DNA from: a virus
Taxonomy: Duplodnaviria; Caudoviricetes
Virus record (IMG/VR): IMGVR_UViG_3300027759_003166
Length of the DNA stretch: 64,000 bases
Direction: 5' to 3' (one strand)
The notes below the pieces were generated by a model that worked only from the letters and a program-made list of their open reading frames with translations, did not search any database and was not told where the DNA came from. A program made the position numbers and the translations under genes. Shown here piece after piece: positions 36,004 to 44,368 of the stretch (the first letter of the stretch is position 1; the number at the start of each line of letters is the position of its first letter).

Positions 36004-36273
36004 TTATTTTATATTCTCAAATATCTCTTTTTGTTTATTATACCACAGTGTCCACGCCTCATTTTTTATCACACATTCGTGATATAATGTATAGTTGGTA
36101 GTGACTGCTTTTGTAAAATCAATGATACTTATGTGCTCACCTTCAATGGTTTTCAGTGGAGGACATTTTTCCATTAACACATCAGGTGCAATAGGAAACT
36201 TGGCTACTACAGGCACCGTTGTAGAACACGCTGTAAGAAATAATGCCAAACAAATTATTAATATTTTTTTCAT
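36004..36273 (-). CDS. o-spanin-like lipoprotein
   Basis: lipobox LTAC, Pro/Cys-rich, downstream of i-spanin. Confidence 0.75.
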   Translation of the reverse strand: MKKILIICLALFLTACSTTVPVVAKFPIAPDVLMEKCPPLKTIEGEHISIIDFTKAVTTNYTLYHECVIKNEAWTLWYNKQKEIFENIK

Positions 36274-37014
36274 TTATGCCTTTTTTATCACTGTAAGAAA
36301 TTCTACACCTACCCACCCTTGTTTATTACCTTTAACAAAAGCATATCCATTTTCCAACTTTAAAACATCCAAACGTGTGCCTGGTGCTAATTTTTCTATT
36401 TTTTCATCTTTAATATTTTTAGTTGATCTAATGTTAGCCCAGGTAATCACTGTAGCAGTTGCTACAATAACTGGTTGTTGTACCTCTGCTTGAACCTGTG
36501 GTGTTGTTTTTACTTCAGGTTCAGCTGGTGCCGCTTCAGGTTCTTTAGGAATTTCAATAGGTTGATTCAGTGCAGCAGCATTATGTGTTTTAATAATGAT
36601 ACCGGGTATAGGACAATTTTCTATAAACTTAACTACTTCTTTGTCTTTAACAACTTCTCGATCTATATAGTTAATAATGTTCTTGCCACGCTCGTGAACT
36701 ATCTTAGTTTTTTCAGCAATTATGGTGACAATTTTTACATTTTCTTCTTGACTTTTTGCCTCTGCTATGGCTACTTTTTCTTCCATCTCTTTAACTTTTG
36801 CCTGCCATTTTGCTTCGTTGGCAATACTGCCTTCCATCCATATACCAAGTAATAATGCTAGAACTCCGCCGTATTGTAATGGAATCCTATATGTACTAAT
36901 GAAAGGAATGCGTTTTAAAACTAGTGCAGATAATACCGCAATTAGACCACATATAGTTAAAAAATGCCAGAATATATTGGGTAAAAACGACAGCAACCAC
37001 ATAATTTGCCACAT
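36274..37014 (-). CDS. i-spanin-like protein with C-terminal SH3b-like domain
   Basis: N-terminal TM helices, coiled coil, Pro linker, ANIRS...L..G..L.V....GY..V....GWV. Confidence 0.6.
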   Translation of the reverse strand: MWQIMWLLSFLPNIFWHFLTICGLIAVLSALVLKRIPFISTYRIPLQYGGVLALLLGIWMEGSIANEAKWQAKVKEMEEKVAIAEAKSQEENVKIVTIIAEKTKIVHERGKNIINYIDREVVKDKEVVKFIENCPIPGIIIKTHNAAALNQPIEIPKEPEAAPAEPEVKTTPQVQAEVQQPVIVATATVITWANIRSTKNIKDEKIEKLAPGTRLDVLKLENGYAFVKGNKQGWVGVEFLTVIKKA

Positions 37015-37017
37015 ATT

Positions 37018-37758
37018 TTACCACCTGTCTTTTTCTATAACAACAGCACGGGTGCCGTTCCTAATTAAAAATTGTTTACCAATTTTATTAATTTCGTAAT
37101 TGCCCATATACTTGGTTAAGAAGAACATTTGGCTCTGACTGCTTTCGTCTAATGAAAGTGGACCAGGTACTGTTTTCTTAACATCTTCGTAGTCGCCAAT
37201 GGCAATAAATTTAGCAGAAATATCACCAGCATATGGTTTGCTAAATATCAAATTATTATCAGATTCGAGAGCAACATCCACTATACCTTGGTCAAAAAAT
37301 TCTCTAACATCAGTATTTTTAATTTCCATCACTTTACGTTCGTAGTCTTCTTTAGTCATTGGTATTGCCTCTGTAATATTGTCTTCATTAAATTCGAGGC
37401 TAGTTACTGCCTTTTGATAGCGGAATTTCCATTCACGGCAATCACATAGTTGTCCAACGCCGCCTAACAATTCTTTCAATTGTGTTTTTAATTCTGGAGT
37501 TCTTTGTATTTCTACAAATACTTGATATTGACCATCATTTTCTTCTCCAGCACTCATATCAGCATCAAGAATAAAGTCATAGCCTTTTTCGATAAATTCC
37601 ATCATATCTATGGCTGGATTCTTTTCACGTACACGGAAACCTAATACAATTACGTCCCCGTCCTCGCCCATTTTGCTTTTATATTGATCAACGGTGAACA
37701 GCTCTGATACATAGCTTCTTAGATCTCCGGATCTTAGTCCTTCATTAAGTTGTGGCAT
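37018..37758 (-). CDS. hypothetical protein (begins MPQLNEG)
   Basis: ORF; ATG 37758 preferred. Confidence 0.7.
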   Translation of the reverse strand: MPQLNEGLRSGDLRSYVSELFTVDQYKSKMGEDGDVIVLGFRVREKNPAIDMMEFIEKGYDFILDADMSAGEENDGQYQVFVEIQRTPELKTQLKELLGGVGQLCDCREWKFRYQKAVTSLEFNEDNITEAIPMTKEDYERKVMEIKNTDVREFFDQGIVDVALESDNNLIFSKPYAGDISAKFIAIGDYEDVKKTVPGPLSLDESSQSQMFFLTKYMGNYEINKIGKQFLIRNGTRAVVIEKDRW

Positions 37759-38272
37759 CTGCTGGAGCCTCCATTGGTTCTTCTTGTGCAACATTTTCTG
37801 TTTCAGCTGTATTATTGCTGTATTTCATTAGTTCAGCCATTCTGTTATTTTCTTGATTTTCTTTACCCACATACACATCCTGCATTAGTTTCTTAGGCAT
37901 AATAATGGTCACAGTCCAAATAGGATGTGCATCGATCTTACCTTTTTTAGTGCCAGGTCTGAAGTCGCCAGGGTCCTTGATCTTACGTGGTAGCATAACT
38001 ACTTCTTTGGCAAAAACTACTTGGCAACCGTAATCTACAAGTCGTTTGCCGCCTTTGGGATCTGGCATATTTTCACGCGACCACATAAATTTACATTCTA
38101 CATCATAGCGATTTACTTTAGGTCCAGAAATTAATTCGCCTTCTTCCCAATTTTTAAACACATATACATCTAATTCGTCAATAACACGTTCAAAGTCTTT
38201 TAATACTTTAAACGCACTATTGTTTTCACTAAGTGTTTGTAGATTCTTTATAACGTCTATAATGTCGTGCAT
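37745..38272 (-). CDS. hypothetical protein
   Basis: ORF; ATAAATA motif at 38292-38298. Confidence 0.7.
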   Translation of the reverse strand: MHDIIDVIKNLQTLSENNSAFKVLKDFERVIDELDVYVFKNWEEGELISGPKVNRYDVECKFMWSRENMPDPKGGKRLVDYGCQVVFAKEVVMLPRKIKDPGDFRPGTKKGKIDAHPIWTVTIIMPKKLMQDVYVGKENQENNRMAELMKYSNNTAETENVAQEEPMEAPADATT

Positions 38273-38417
38273 AGGCTTTCTCTTTATCAAATATTTATCC
38301 ATAACTGGCCGATATACTATGTTAAATTACAGTGGTCCAAAAATGGGTACTTTGAGCTGGTATTTTGAAATAAATTTTAAATATTATTGCAGGTCAATCT
38401 TCACCAAGGAGGTAAAA

Positions 38418-39179
38418 TTGCCTAGAGCCAATAGAAAGAACAGGGATATGAGTGAAAAACGAGATCCTAGATTCCACAAAGAATCAAATAGCAACTTAAT
38501 TCAAATTAAGCCATATTTGAAAAGAAGCCAGCAAGTCAATATAGTTCCACGAAACCTAAGCCAAGAGAACTATCTCGAATTGCTAAAAAACCCCAAGAAA
38601 TACATTGTTTTAGCCATCGGTCCAGCCGGTACGGGTAAAACAATGTTAGCCGTACAGATGGCAATTAAATTGTATAAGGAAGGGTCAATTAGTAAAATAA
38701 TAGTAACCCGCCCTGCTGTATCGGTAGATGAAGAACATGGGTTTTTGCCCGGGGATTTAAATGCCAAAATGGCACCCTGGACTAGACCTATATTTGACGT
38801 CTTTGAAGAATACTATCACCCTAAGGAGATAGCAGGTATGTTAGAAGATGGATCCATTGAGATCAGTCCACTAGCATATATGAGGGGGAGAACATTTAAG
38901 AATGCTTTTGTCATTGCTGACGAAATGCAAAATGCCACTCCGAGTCAGATGAAGATGTTATTAACTAGAATTGGCAATAATTCTAGAATGGTAGTTACTG
39001 GAGATTTAAACCAAGCCGACCGTCCTAGTGAAAACGGTCTCCTAGAGTTTTGCAGTTTGTTCGGACAAGGAGGTGATTCGCGAATGATTGCAATGGCGAG
39101 ATTTGAAACTCAAGATATTGAACGACACCCAGTCGTTAAGGAAGTGTTAAAAATCTATAAGGAACAAACTGACGATTAA
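38418..39179 (+). CDS. phoH: PhoH-family ATPase
   Basis: GPAGTGKT, TRPAV, GFLPG, PLAYMRGRTF, DEMQN, VTGDLNQ; TTG start after AAGGAGGT RBS. Confidence 0.92.
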   Translation: MPRANRKNRDMSEKRDPRFHKESNSNLIQIKPYLKRSQQVNIVPRNLSQENYLELLKNPKKYIVLAIGPAGTGKTMLAVQMAIKLYKEGSISKIIVTRPAVSVDEEHGFLPGDLNAKMAPWTRPIFDVFEEYYHPKEIAGMLEDGSIEISPLAYMRGRTFKNAFVIADEMQNATPSQMKMLLTRIGNNSRMVVTGDLNQADRPSENGLLEFCSLFGQGGDSRMIAMARFETQDIERHPVVKEVLKIYKEQTDD

Positions 39180-39202
39180 TTAACTTAACTAACTCAAACG
39201 AC

Positions 39203-39241
39203 AAACCGCATAGTACTGACCTGCAATCGACTATGCGGTTT
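39203..39241. terminator. bidirectional terminator between convergent genes
   Basis: 12-bp perfect inverted repeat AAACCGCATAGT/ACTATGCGGTTT. Confidence 0.8.
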
Positions 39242-39243
39242 TT

Positions 39244-39939
39244 CTATTCCCAAATATTATCCCATGATTCGGGATACGCTTCGTAGTCTAATGTTTCAAC
39301 TAATTTTATATTATTCAAACTAAGATGATAGGCCAGCAATCCTTCGGCATGAGGAGAAAAACCATTTTCCATATAACTGTTCATATGGTGTATCAAATTA
39401 GTATAGATCGTCATATTATCCGATGACGATATTGCAAGATGATCACTCATGCCATATCCATGTATGTAATGTTTATTTTTTGAAGGAGTATATATTACGT
39501 TTGTCTCTTGCTCTAAATGAAGTTTTATATCAGTTAAATTAACGTGAGAAATACAGTCATCTGGTCTTGCTCTTATAACCAAGTCATACTTGCCATGTAA
39601 TTTTTCACATTCTTGCCTCATACGGTCTGCTCTGTATAAACTACCAAATTGGGATAGCAATGGATCTTTATAGACTGGTTCACTAACATCTAACCCTGCA
39701 AGAATATTTGGAGGCCATACTAGTTTATTTCTGATAGTTTCTACAGCCCACTCTCTACTAGCTATATTCATCCACGGTGGAGGAACCAAGGGAATTGGTT
39801 CATAGTGTAATCTATGATAGCTATTATTCCAAAGATAAAAATACCAGTCTAGCTGGTCGTATCCGATTATATTCTTTACTAGATCGTCTAATGACTTTCT
39901 GAATCTAGGTTGTCCTGAAAATAATATTGCTACTCTCAT
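39244..39939 (-). CDS. putative GT-A-like glycosyltransferase
   Basis: RVAILFSGQPR, YDLVIRARPDD, SDHLAI motifs. Confidence 0.5.
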   Translation of the reverse strand: MRVAILFSGQPRFRKSLDDLVKNIIGYDQLDWYFYLWNNSYHRLHYEPIPLVPPPWMNIASREWAVETIRNKLVWPPNILAGLDVSEPVYKDPLLSQFGSLYRADRMRQECEKLHGKYDLVIRARPDDCISHVNLTDIKLHLEQETNVIYTPSKNKHYIHGYGMSDHLAISSSDNMTIYTNLIHHMNSYMENGFSPHAEGLLAYHLSLNNIKLVETLDYEAYPESWDNIWE

Positions 39940-39940
39940 T

Positions 39941-40861
39941 CTATTGTAAACGTGCTAATTTTACCAAAGTTGCCGCAAGGTTGATTTCTGGATCAGCAAT
40001 CAATGTGTGATCAACTAATCCTTGTTTAATGATCAACAATGCTTGATCTTTTTGTTCTTCAGTCTTGCCAAACAAATCTAAGTTGGTATACATCCATGTG
40101 TAAAGTTCTTCCATTTCCTCAGGGCGGGCACGACCACATAACAATGTACGTGCTTCTTTGATCTTGCCTTTCTTAAACAGCTCAACCATATCAACTTTAT
40201 AATCAGCAACACCTTCGTCTCCGGCACTAGGAGTTAATAATTTACCACCATTGACATTTTGTTGTACCATATTGATACACTTACGCAAATCGGGATAAGT
40301 TAGTTTAACATAGGTATCCAATACATCAAGATCAAAGTCTACATTTTCTTCTACAAGAATAGTTGCTACTCTGGCAGTAAATTCTGTTTGGTCGGTCTTG
40401 TCCACATGAAAGCCCTGACAACGACTATGAAGAGCAGGAATAATTCTATTTGGGTAATTGCAAGTAAGAATAAACCTACTATGGTTACTATAGGTCTCCA
40501 TAACTCCGCGAAGGATTGCCTGTGCGTTAGGCGTGAGATAATCTGCTTCATCTAATAGTACCACCTTAAAAGGACCAAATGGAATCATCTGTACAAAGTT
40601 GATGATCTTATCACGTACAGTATCTACATTGTTATCACGACTTGCGTTGATTTCAAGTACATCGTATTCTTCAATGTTTAGTTCATTACACAATACTTTG
40701 GCTAATGTAGTTTTACCAATACCGGCAGCACCACTTAGCAACAGATGTGGAATGCTGCCTTCTTTGATCCACGATTGTACCTGACGACGTTGTGCGTCAT
40801 CTTTGAACACATAATCGCCAACCTTTCTTGGACGATACTTTTCTACCCAGAGTTCAATCAT
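39941..40861 (-). CDS. clamp loader ATPase (RFC small subunit/T4 gp44-like)
   Basis: LWVEKYRP, GAAGIGKT, EINAS, LDEAD, SRC motif. Confidence 0.92.
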   Translation of the reverse strand: MIELWVEKYRPRKVGDYVFKDDAQRRQVQSWIKEGSIPHLLLSGAAGIGKTTLAKVLCNELNIEEYDVLEINASRDNNVDTVRDKIINFVQMIPFGPFKVVLLDEADYLTPNAQAILRGVMETYSNHSRFILTCNYPNRIIPALHSRCQGFHVDKTDQTEFTARVATILVEENVDFDLDVLDTYVKLTYPDLRKCINMVQQNVNGGKLLTPSAGDEGVADYKVDMVELFKKGKIKEARTLLCGRARPEEMEELYTWMYTNLDLFGKTEEQKDQALLIIKQGLVDHTLIADPEINLAATLVKLARLQ

Positions 40862-41034
40862 ACTAGTTCCTCAACAATACCAAGCATTTCTGCTATGATT
40901 AGACAATATCCTGCCATTAAAAAGTTTCCTCCAATTAAGCAAGCACCTGCTACGATGCGGATAGCACTCTTTACAAGGCTAACATAAAAATGTCCGCGAC
41001 TTGTATCTTTAGGTTGTACTTCAATATTATCCAC
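40858..41034 (-). CDS. small membrane protein (58 aa), not in ORF track
   Basis: read manually: MDNIEVQPKDTSRGHFYVSLVKS...EELV; ATGA overlap with clamp loader. Confidence 0.6.
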   Translation of the reverse strand: MDNIEVQPKDTSRGHFYVSLVKSAIRIVAGACLIGGNFLMAGYCLIIAEMLGIVEELV

Positions 41035-41323
41035 GCAATGACTCCATAGTAATAATCTTTGCTATGCTATGTCCAAGATCTTGATCATGTCCTACAATGT
41101 GTAGTTGATTTTGACTACGATCCTTCTGACGATCATACACACGAGTCTCAACAATAGTTCCACCGTTGGCACGATAGACGCTTAGACGCAAGGGTTCTGT
41201 ACTAAGAGTTTCTCCGGGTTCTGTGGATGTTATAGCAAGTCCTCTCGACACCTTATTTGCTCGTTGTGCCTCATCAGGCGGGAATATAAAATTGTGCATC
41301 TTATTTCGTAACCAGTTTTTCAT
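41027..41323 (-). CDS. hypothetical protein (98 aa)
   Basis: ORF in operon. Confidence 0.65.
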   Translation of the reverse strand: MKNWLRNKMHNFIFPPDEAQRANKVSRGLAITSTEPGETLSTEPLRLSVYRANGGTIVETRVYDRQKDRSQNQLHIVGHDQDLGHSIAKIITMESLRG

Positions 41324-41784
41324 TTTTTATTTCCTTCTGCTTCTGCTACACGTTTGCGTAGACTGCTGCTACTAAAGGAATGATCTCGTCCATTATAGAC
41401 AATTTCAATTCCACGTTTGAGACAAATATCTCTACCTGTAAAGTCCTTGTCTGCATACTCTATACCTAATATTCTAACATCAATAGGCAAAATAAGCAAG
41501 AGGTCTTCAAGATCTTTTTCTGTCTGATATACAACCACTTCATCTACATTACGATTTGTGCTAACTTGTATCTGACGCTCTACAATACTTTGTATCGGAG
41601 GATTCTTACTATCCGGGCGATCAATAGTTGGATCTGTTTGTAATGCTGCGATCAAATAATCACAATGATTTTTAGCCTCTGCTAACATAGCAATATGGCC
41701 AGCATGAAAAAGGTCCCATGCACTAAAAACAATACCAATTTTTTTATTTTGAGATTTAAGATCTTTGAGTTTGTTAAATATCAT
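41320..41784 (-). CDS. cytidylyltransferase (TagD-like)
   Basis: WDLFHAGH (HxGH), SSSSLRKR. Confidence 0.85.
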   Translation of the reverse strand: MIFNKLKDLKSQNKKIGIVFSAWDLFHAGHIAMLAEAKNHCDYLIAALQTDPTIDRPDSKNPPIQSIVERQIQVSTNRNVDEVVVYQTEKDLEDLLLILPIDVRILGIEYADKDFTGRDICLKRGIEIVYNGRDHSFSSSSLRKRVAEAEGNKK

Positions 41785-41911
41785 CTGTATATAATTCCTT
41801 TGAAAAGCATTCGTGTTTTCCTCCTATTTTTAAACTGGAAGGTATGTATGATACATGTTTATATTTTTTAAGTACATATTATACTCAGACATGTAATATC
41901 TCAAAAGTTAA

Positions 41912-42115
41912 TCACTTCCAGTCGTCCTCATCTCTAAATCCCATATGTGGCCAAATATTGTTATCAAATATTTGTGCCATTTGATTCCATAATGCCTTAC
42001 GTTCGGATCCTGTCATACCTGAGACAAACGGAGCATCGTCGGGATGTTTATCTAAACCATAATCGTGCCTAACAGTAAGACACATACTAGTAATAATTTG
42101 TTCACGTGTTTTCAT
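41912..42115 (-). CDS. hypothetical protein (67 aa)
   Basis: ORF behind consensus promoter. Confidence 0.65.
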   Translation of the reverse strand: MKTREQIITSMCLTVRHDYGLDKHPDDAPFVSGMTGSERKALWNQMAQIFDNNIWPHMGFRDEDDWK

Positions 42116-42120
42116 AGTAT

Positions 42121-42157
42121 ATTATAGTCGTAAAAAAAGGGCCTGTCAAGCCCTTTT
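42121..42157 (-). terminator. groES terminator whose loop contains the -35 of a TTGACA-N17-TATAAT promoter
   Basis: stem 42135-42142/42150-42157, T7 tail, -35 at 42144-42149, -10 at 42121-42126. Confidence 0.8.
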
Positions 42158-42491
42158 ATGCTCTTCTCATCCAACCTTCGGGTTTTTCATCAGCAGTAGC
42201 AAGTATTGCCTTTGTATCCACTCGCCGCAGTTCAATTATATCGTTGTCGTTTAATTCGAGTTCAACGGTTCTTCCCCAACGTCCATGTTCTACTAAAACC
42301 CATTCTCCGACCTGAACATCAGTTTGTTCTGGACCAATAGCCCATACACGACCCCAGCGTGGATAGATTCCTTCTGCCTTACCGTTATCACTAGTAAGTA
42401 CTATGCCAGCTTTGGTAGTTTGCATACCAAACTCCATATTAGAAACAATAACGGTATCCTTAATAGGAACAATTTTACCTTTAACTTTCAT
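42156..42491 (-). CDS. groES: GroES-like co-chaperonin
   Basis: PIKDTVIV...TKAGIVL...G.V.AIGP...V.VGE.VL. Confidence 0.8.
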   Translation of the reverse strand: MKVKGKIVPIKDTVIVSNMEFGMQTTKAGIVLTSDNGKAEGIYPRWGRVWAIGPEQTDVQVGEWVLVEHGRWGRTVELELNDNDIIELRRVDTKAILATADEKPEGWMRRA

Positions 42492-42774
42492 CTGCAACCT
42501 TGGTCTTTCTTGCTGGTGTGGTAGTGTCGACTACGTTTCGTGGACCCGCAGCCAATTTTGGTTCTACAGGTTGTGGTGTATCTGGAATAATTTTATTATT
42601 ACTCTGATAATATTCTGCCATTGCATCTTCACGTTTTTTAATAATTTTGCCGCCAGGTCCGAGTTCGTCTCCGCGAGCATTTACTCTAACATTACCTATA
42701 GCAGGCATGAGTTCATTTTGTCTCATTAATTTATCCATGTCAACTACTTTACCTTGCATTGATCTATGTACCAT
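42481..42774 (-). CDS. hypothetical protein (97 aa)
   Basis: ORF with AGGAG RBS. Confidence 0.7.
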   Translation of the reverse strand: MVHRSMQGKVVDMDKLMRQNELMPAIGNVRVNARGDELGPGGKIIKKREDAMAEYYQSNNKIIPDTPQPVEPKLAAGPRNVVDTTTPARKTKVADES

Positions 42775-42783
42775 ATTTTTCTC

Positions 42784-43308
42784 CTATTTTAAGAATTCTC
42801 TTATATCAAGCTCAAACTTTATTGAGTCTATTTTGTGAACACCTAGCAAGTATAGGCAATAACTGGCTACACTACTACCACGTCCTACACCCCATACTAG
42901 GCTATTTTCTCTCATTGTGTCTACTAAGTATTTAAGATAACCTAGTAGCTCAATCATGTCATATTGGACAAATAATTCCAGTTCTTCTAATACTCTATTA
43001 GTTTCCACATCCGTTTTACACAATGATAGCAAATGTTCTACTATATTTAATGATGTAGATTTATACTCTTCTGGCATAAACCAGTCATTTTGTAAATCTA
43101 AATCAAATTGCTTCAATGACGTATTTGGATCTTTGTAAGTGTTCAGATATTCAAAATTATCTCTATTTAGATCTTTGGCAGTATTAAATTGATCCACTGT
43201 AGTTTGATCCACGTGGATATTTTTAAATGTTTTTATTTTACCCGTATAAAGGGCATCAAACATTTCTGTAGAAGATACTAGAATAGCACCGTACTCATTT
43301 ATTGTCAT
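42784..43308 (-). CDS. stand-alone DnaE (Pol III alpha)-like fragment
   Basis: RVLEEL...Y..LVD......VWGVGRGSSVASYCLYLLGVHKIDSIKFELDIREFL. Confidence 0.75.
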   Translation of the reverse strand: MTINEYGAILVSSTEMFDALYTGKIKTFKNIHVDQTTVDQFNTAKDLNRDNFEYLNTYKDPNTSLKQFDLDLQNDWFMPEEYKSTSLNIVEHLLSLCKTDVETNRVLEELELFVQYDMIELLGYLKYLVDTMRENSLVWGVGRGSSVASYCLYLLGVHKIDSIKFELDIREFLK

Positions 43309-43314
43309 TTTGTT

Positions 43315-43343
43315 AGTTTACACTACTAACTGATTATTGTCAA
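43315..43343 (-). promoter_or_regulatory. sigma70 promoter TTGACA-N17-TAAACT
   Basis: hexamers at 43338-43343 and 43315-43320. Confidence 0.7.
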
Positions 43344-43585
43344 CGATCTATTTTAATAAATTCGTCTAAATCTTGATTTCTATTTTGGATAAGTTTCTTA
43401 TTAGCTTCTTGCTGTCTGCGAGATTGTTCATCTTTGTAAACTTGCAATATTACTGAAATTTGTTGCATAACTCCGCTTTGGCCAAATCTGGATGCTATAA
43501 AATATTTCTGCATTAATTCAGTTATTTTATTATCGACATCATCATTTTTTAATGTTGACAAATCTGGCAACAATGGATTAAACAT
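43340..43585 (-). CDS. hypothetical protein (81 aa)
   Basis: ORF in operon. Confidence 0.65.
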   Translation of the reverse strand: MFNPLLPDLSTLKNDDVDNKITELMQKYFIASRFGQSGVMQQISVILQVYKDEQSRRQQEANKKLIQNRNQDLDEFIKIDR

Positions 43586-43591
43586 ATGTTA

Positions 43592-44335
43592 TTATCCAAA
43601 CACCACGCCGTTATTTCCAATGCAGAACCATTTGCTGTTAATGTATTGTAATGTACATCCATCGCCGATAGCATCAAATGTCATAGTACCCGAACCTGAT
43701 GATTTCCAACCAGCGTTGGCAACAGTAATAACCATATCGCCATTATCGCCTACCATCATAAAAGTTTTAATTAAACCAATTCGATCGCCTGCTGCTAATG
43801 TAGCGGTACTTGCGGCCGCAGTAGTAAAATAACCCGCAGTTTTCTGTAAATTAGAAGCACCTCCATTAATCAATGCTTCATTGCTTTGAACAGCTAGCGT
43901 ACCTTGAATAATAGTATTTCCAGATACTCCTAATCCTACAGTTAGAATACTACCTGCACAACTAATATTACCTGCACAGTTAATATCACCTGTATCCGTT
44001 ACTGAACTACCATTTAAAACTACGGATGTTCCAGTAAATGTATACCATGTACTGCCAAAATAATATGCTGGTTTATTAACATCAGTTAAAAATACCATAG
44101 TTCCGTCGTTTACATCACCTAAATTATATAGTTCACTAGATGTATGATTGTTTAATGTAAGATTGCTAGGATCAGATGTGGTTAATTGTAAGTCGCTAAT
44201 TTCTGTACTGGCCACTGCTAGTGCAGATTGTACTTTGGCAAAATTTGTTCTAAATCCCTGACTATCATTATCAACTCCTGGTATTGGAAAATTGATATTA
44301 ATATCATCACTATAATTTGTAATTGTACTTGCCAC
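43592..44335 (-). CDS. probable virion structural protein
   Basis: FP..G.DNDSQGFR.NF N-terminus, beta-rich C-terminus, follows fibre gene. Confidence 0.6.
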   Translation of the reverse strand: MASTITNYSDDININFPIPGVDNDSQGFRTNFAKVQSALAVASTEISDLQLTTSDPSNLTLNNHTSSELYNLGDVNDGTMVFLTDVNKPAYYFGSTWYTFTGTSVVLNGSSVTDTGDINCAGNISCAGSILTVGLGVSGNTIIQGTLAVQSNEALINGGASNLQKTAGYFTTAAASTATLAAGDRIGLIKTFMMVGDNGDMVITVANAGWKSSGSGTMTFDAIGDGCTLQYINSKWFCIGNNGVVFG

Positions 44336-44368
44336 TGTTAACTCCGATTATTTTTATTATTTATTGGG

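Noticed and set aside
38220-38417. N-terminal extension of PhoH in the ORF track
   Set aside because: Overlaps the divergent gene; a strong AAGGAGGT RBS points to the TTG at 38418
41785-41911. AT-rich gap with a 20-codon ORF
   Set aside because: Too short, no clear RBS or structure to support a call
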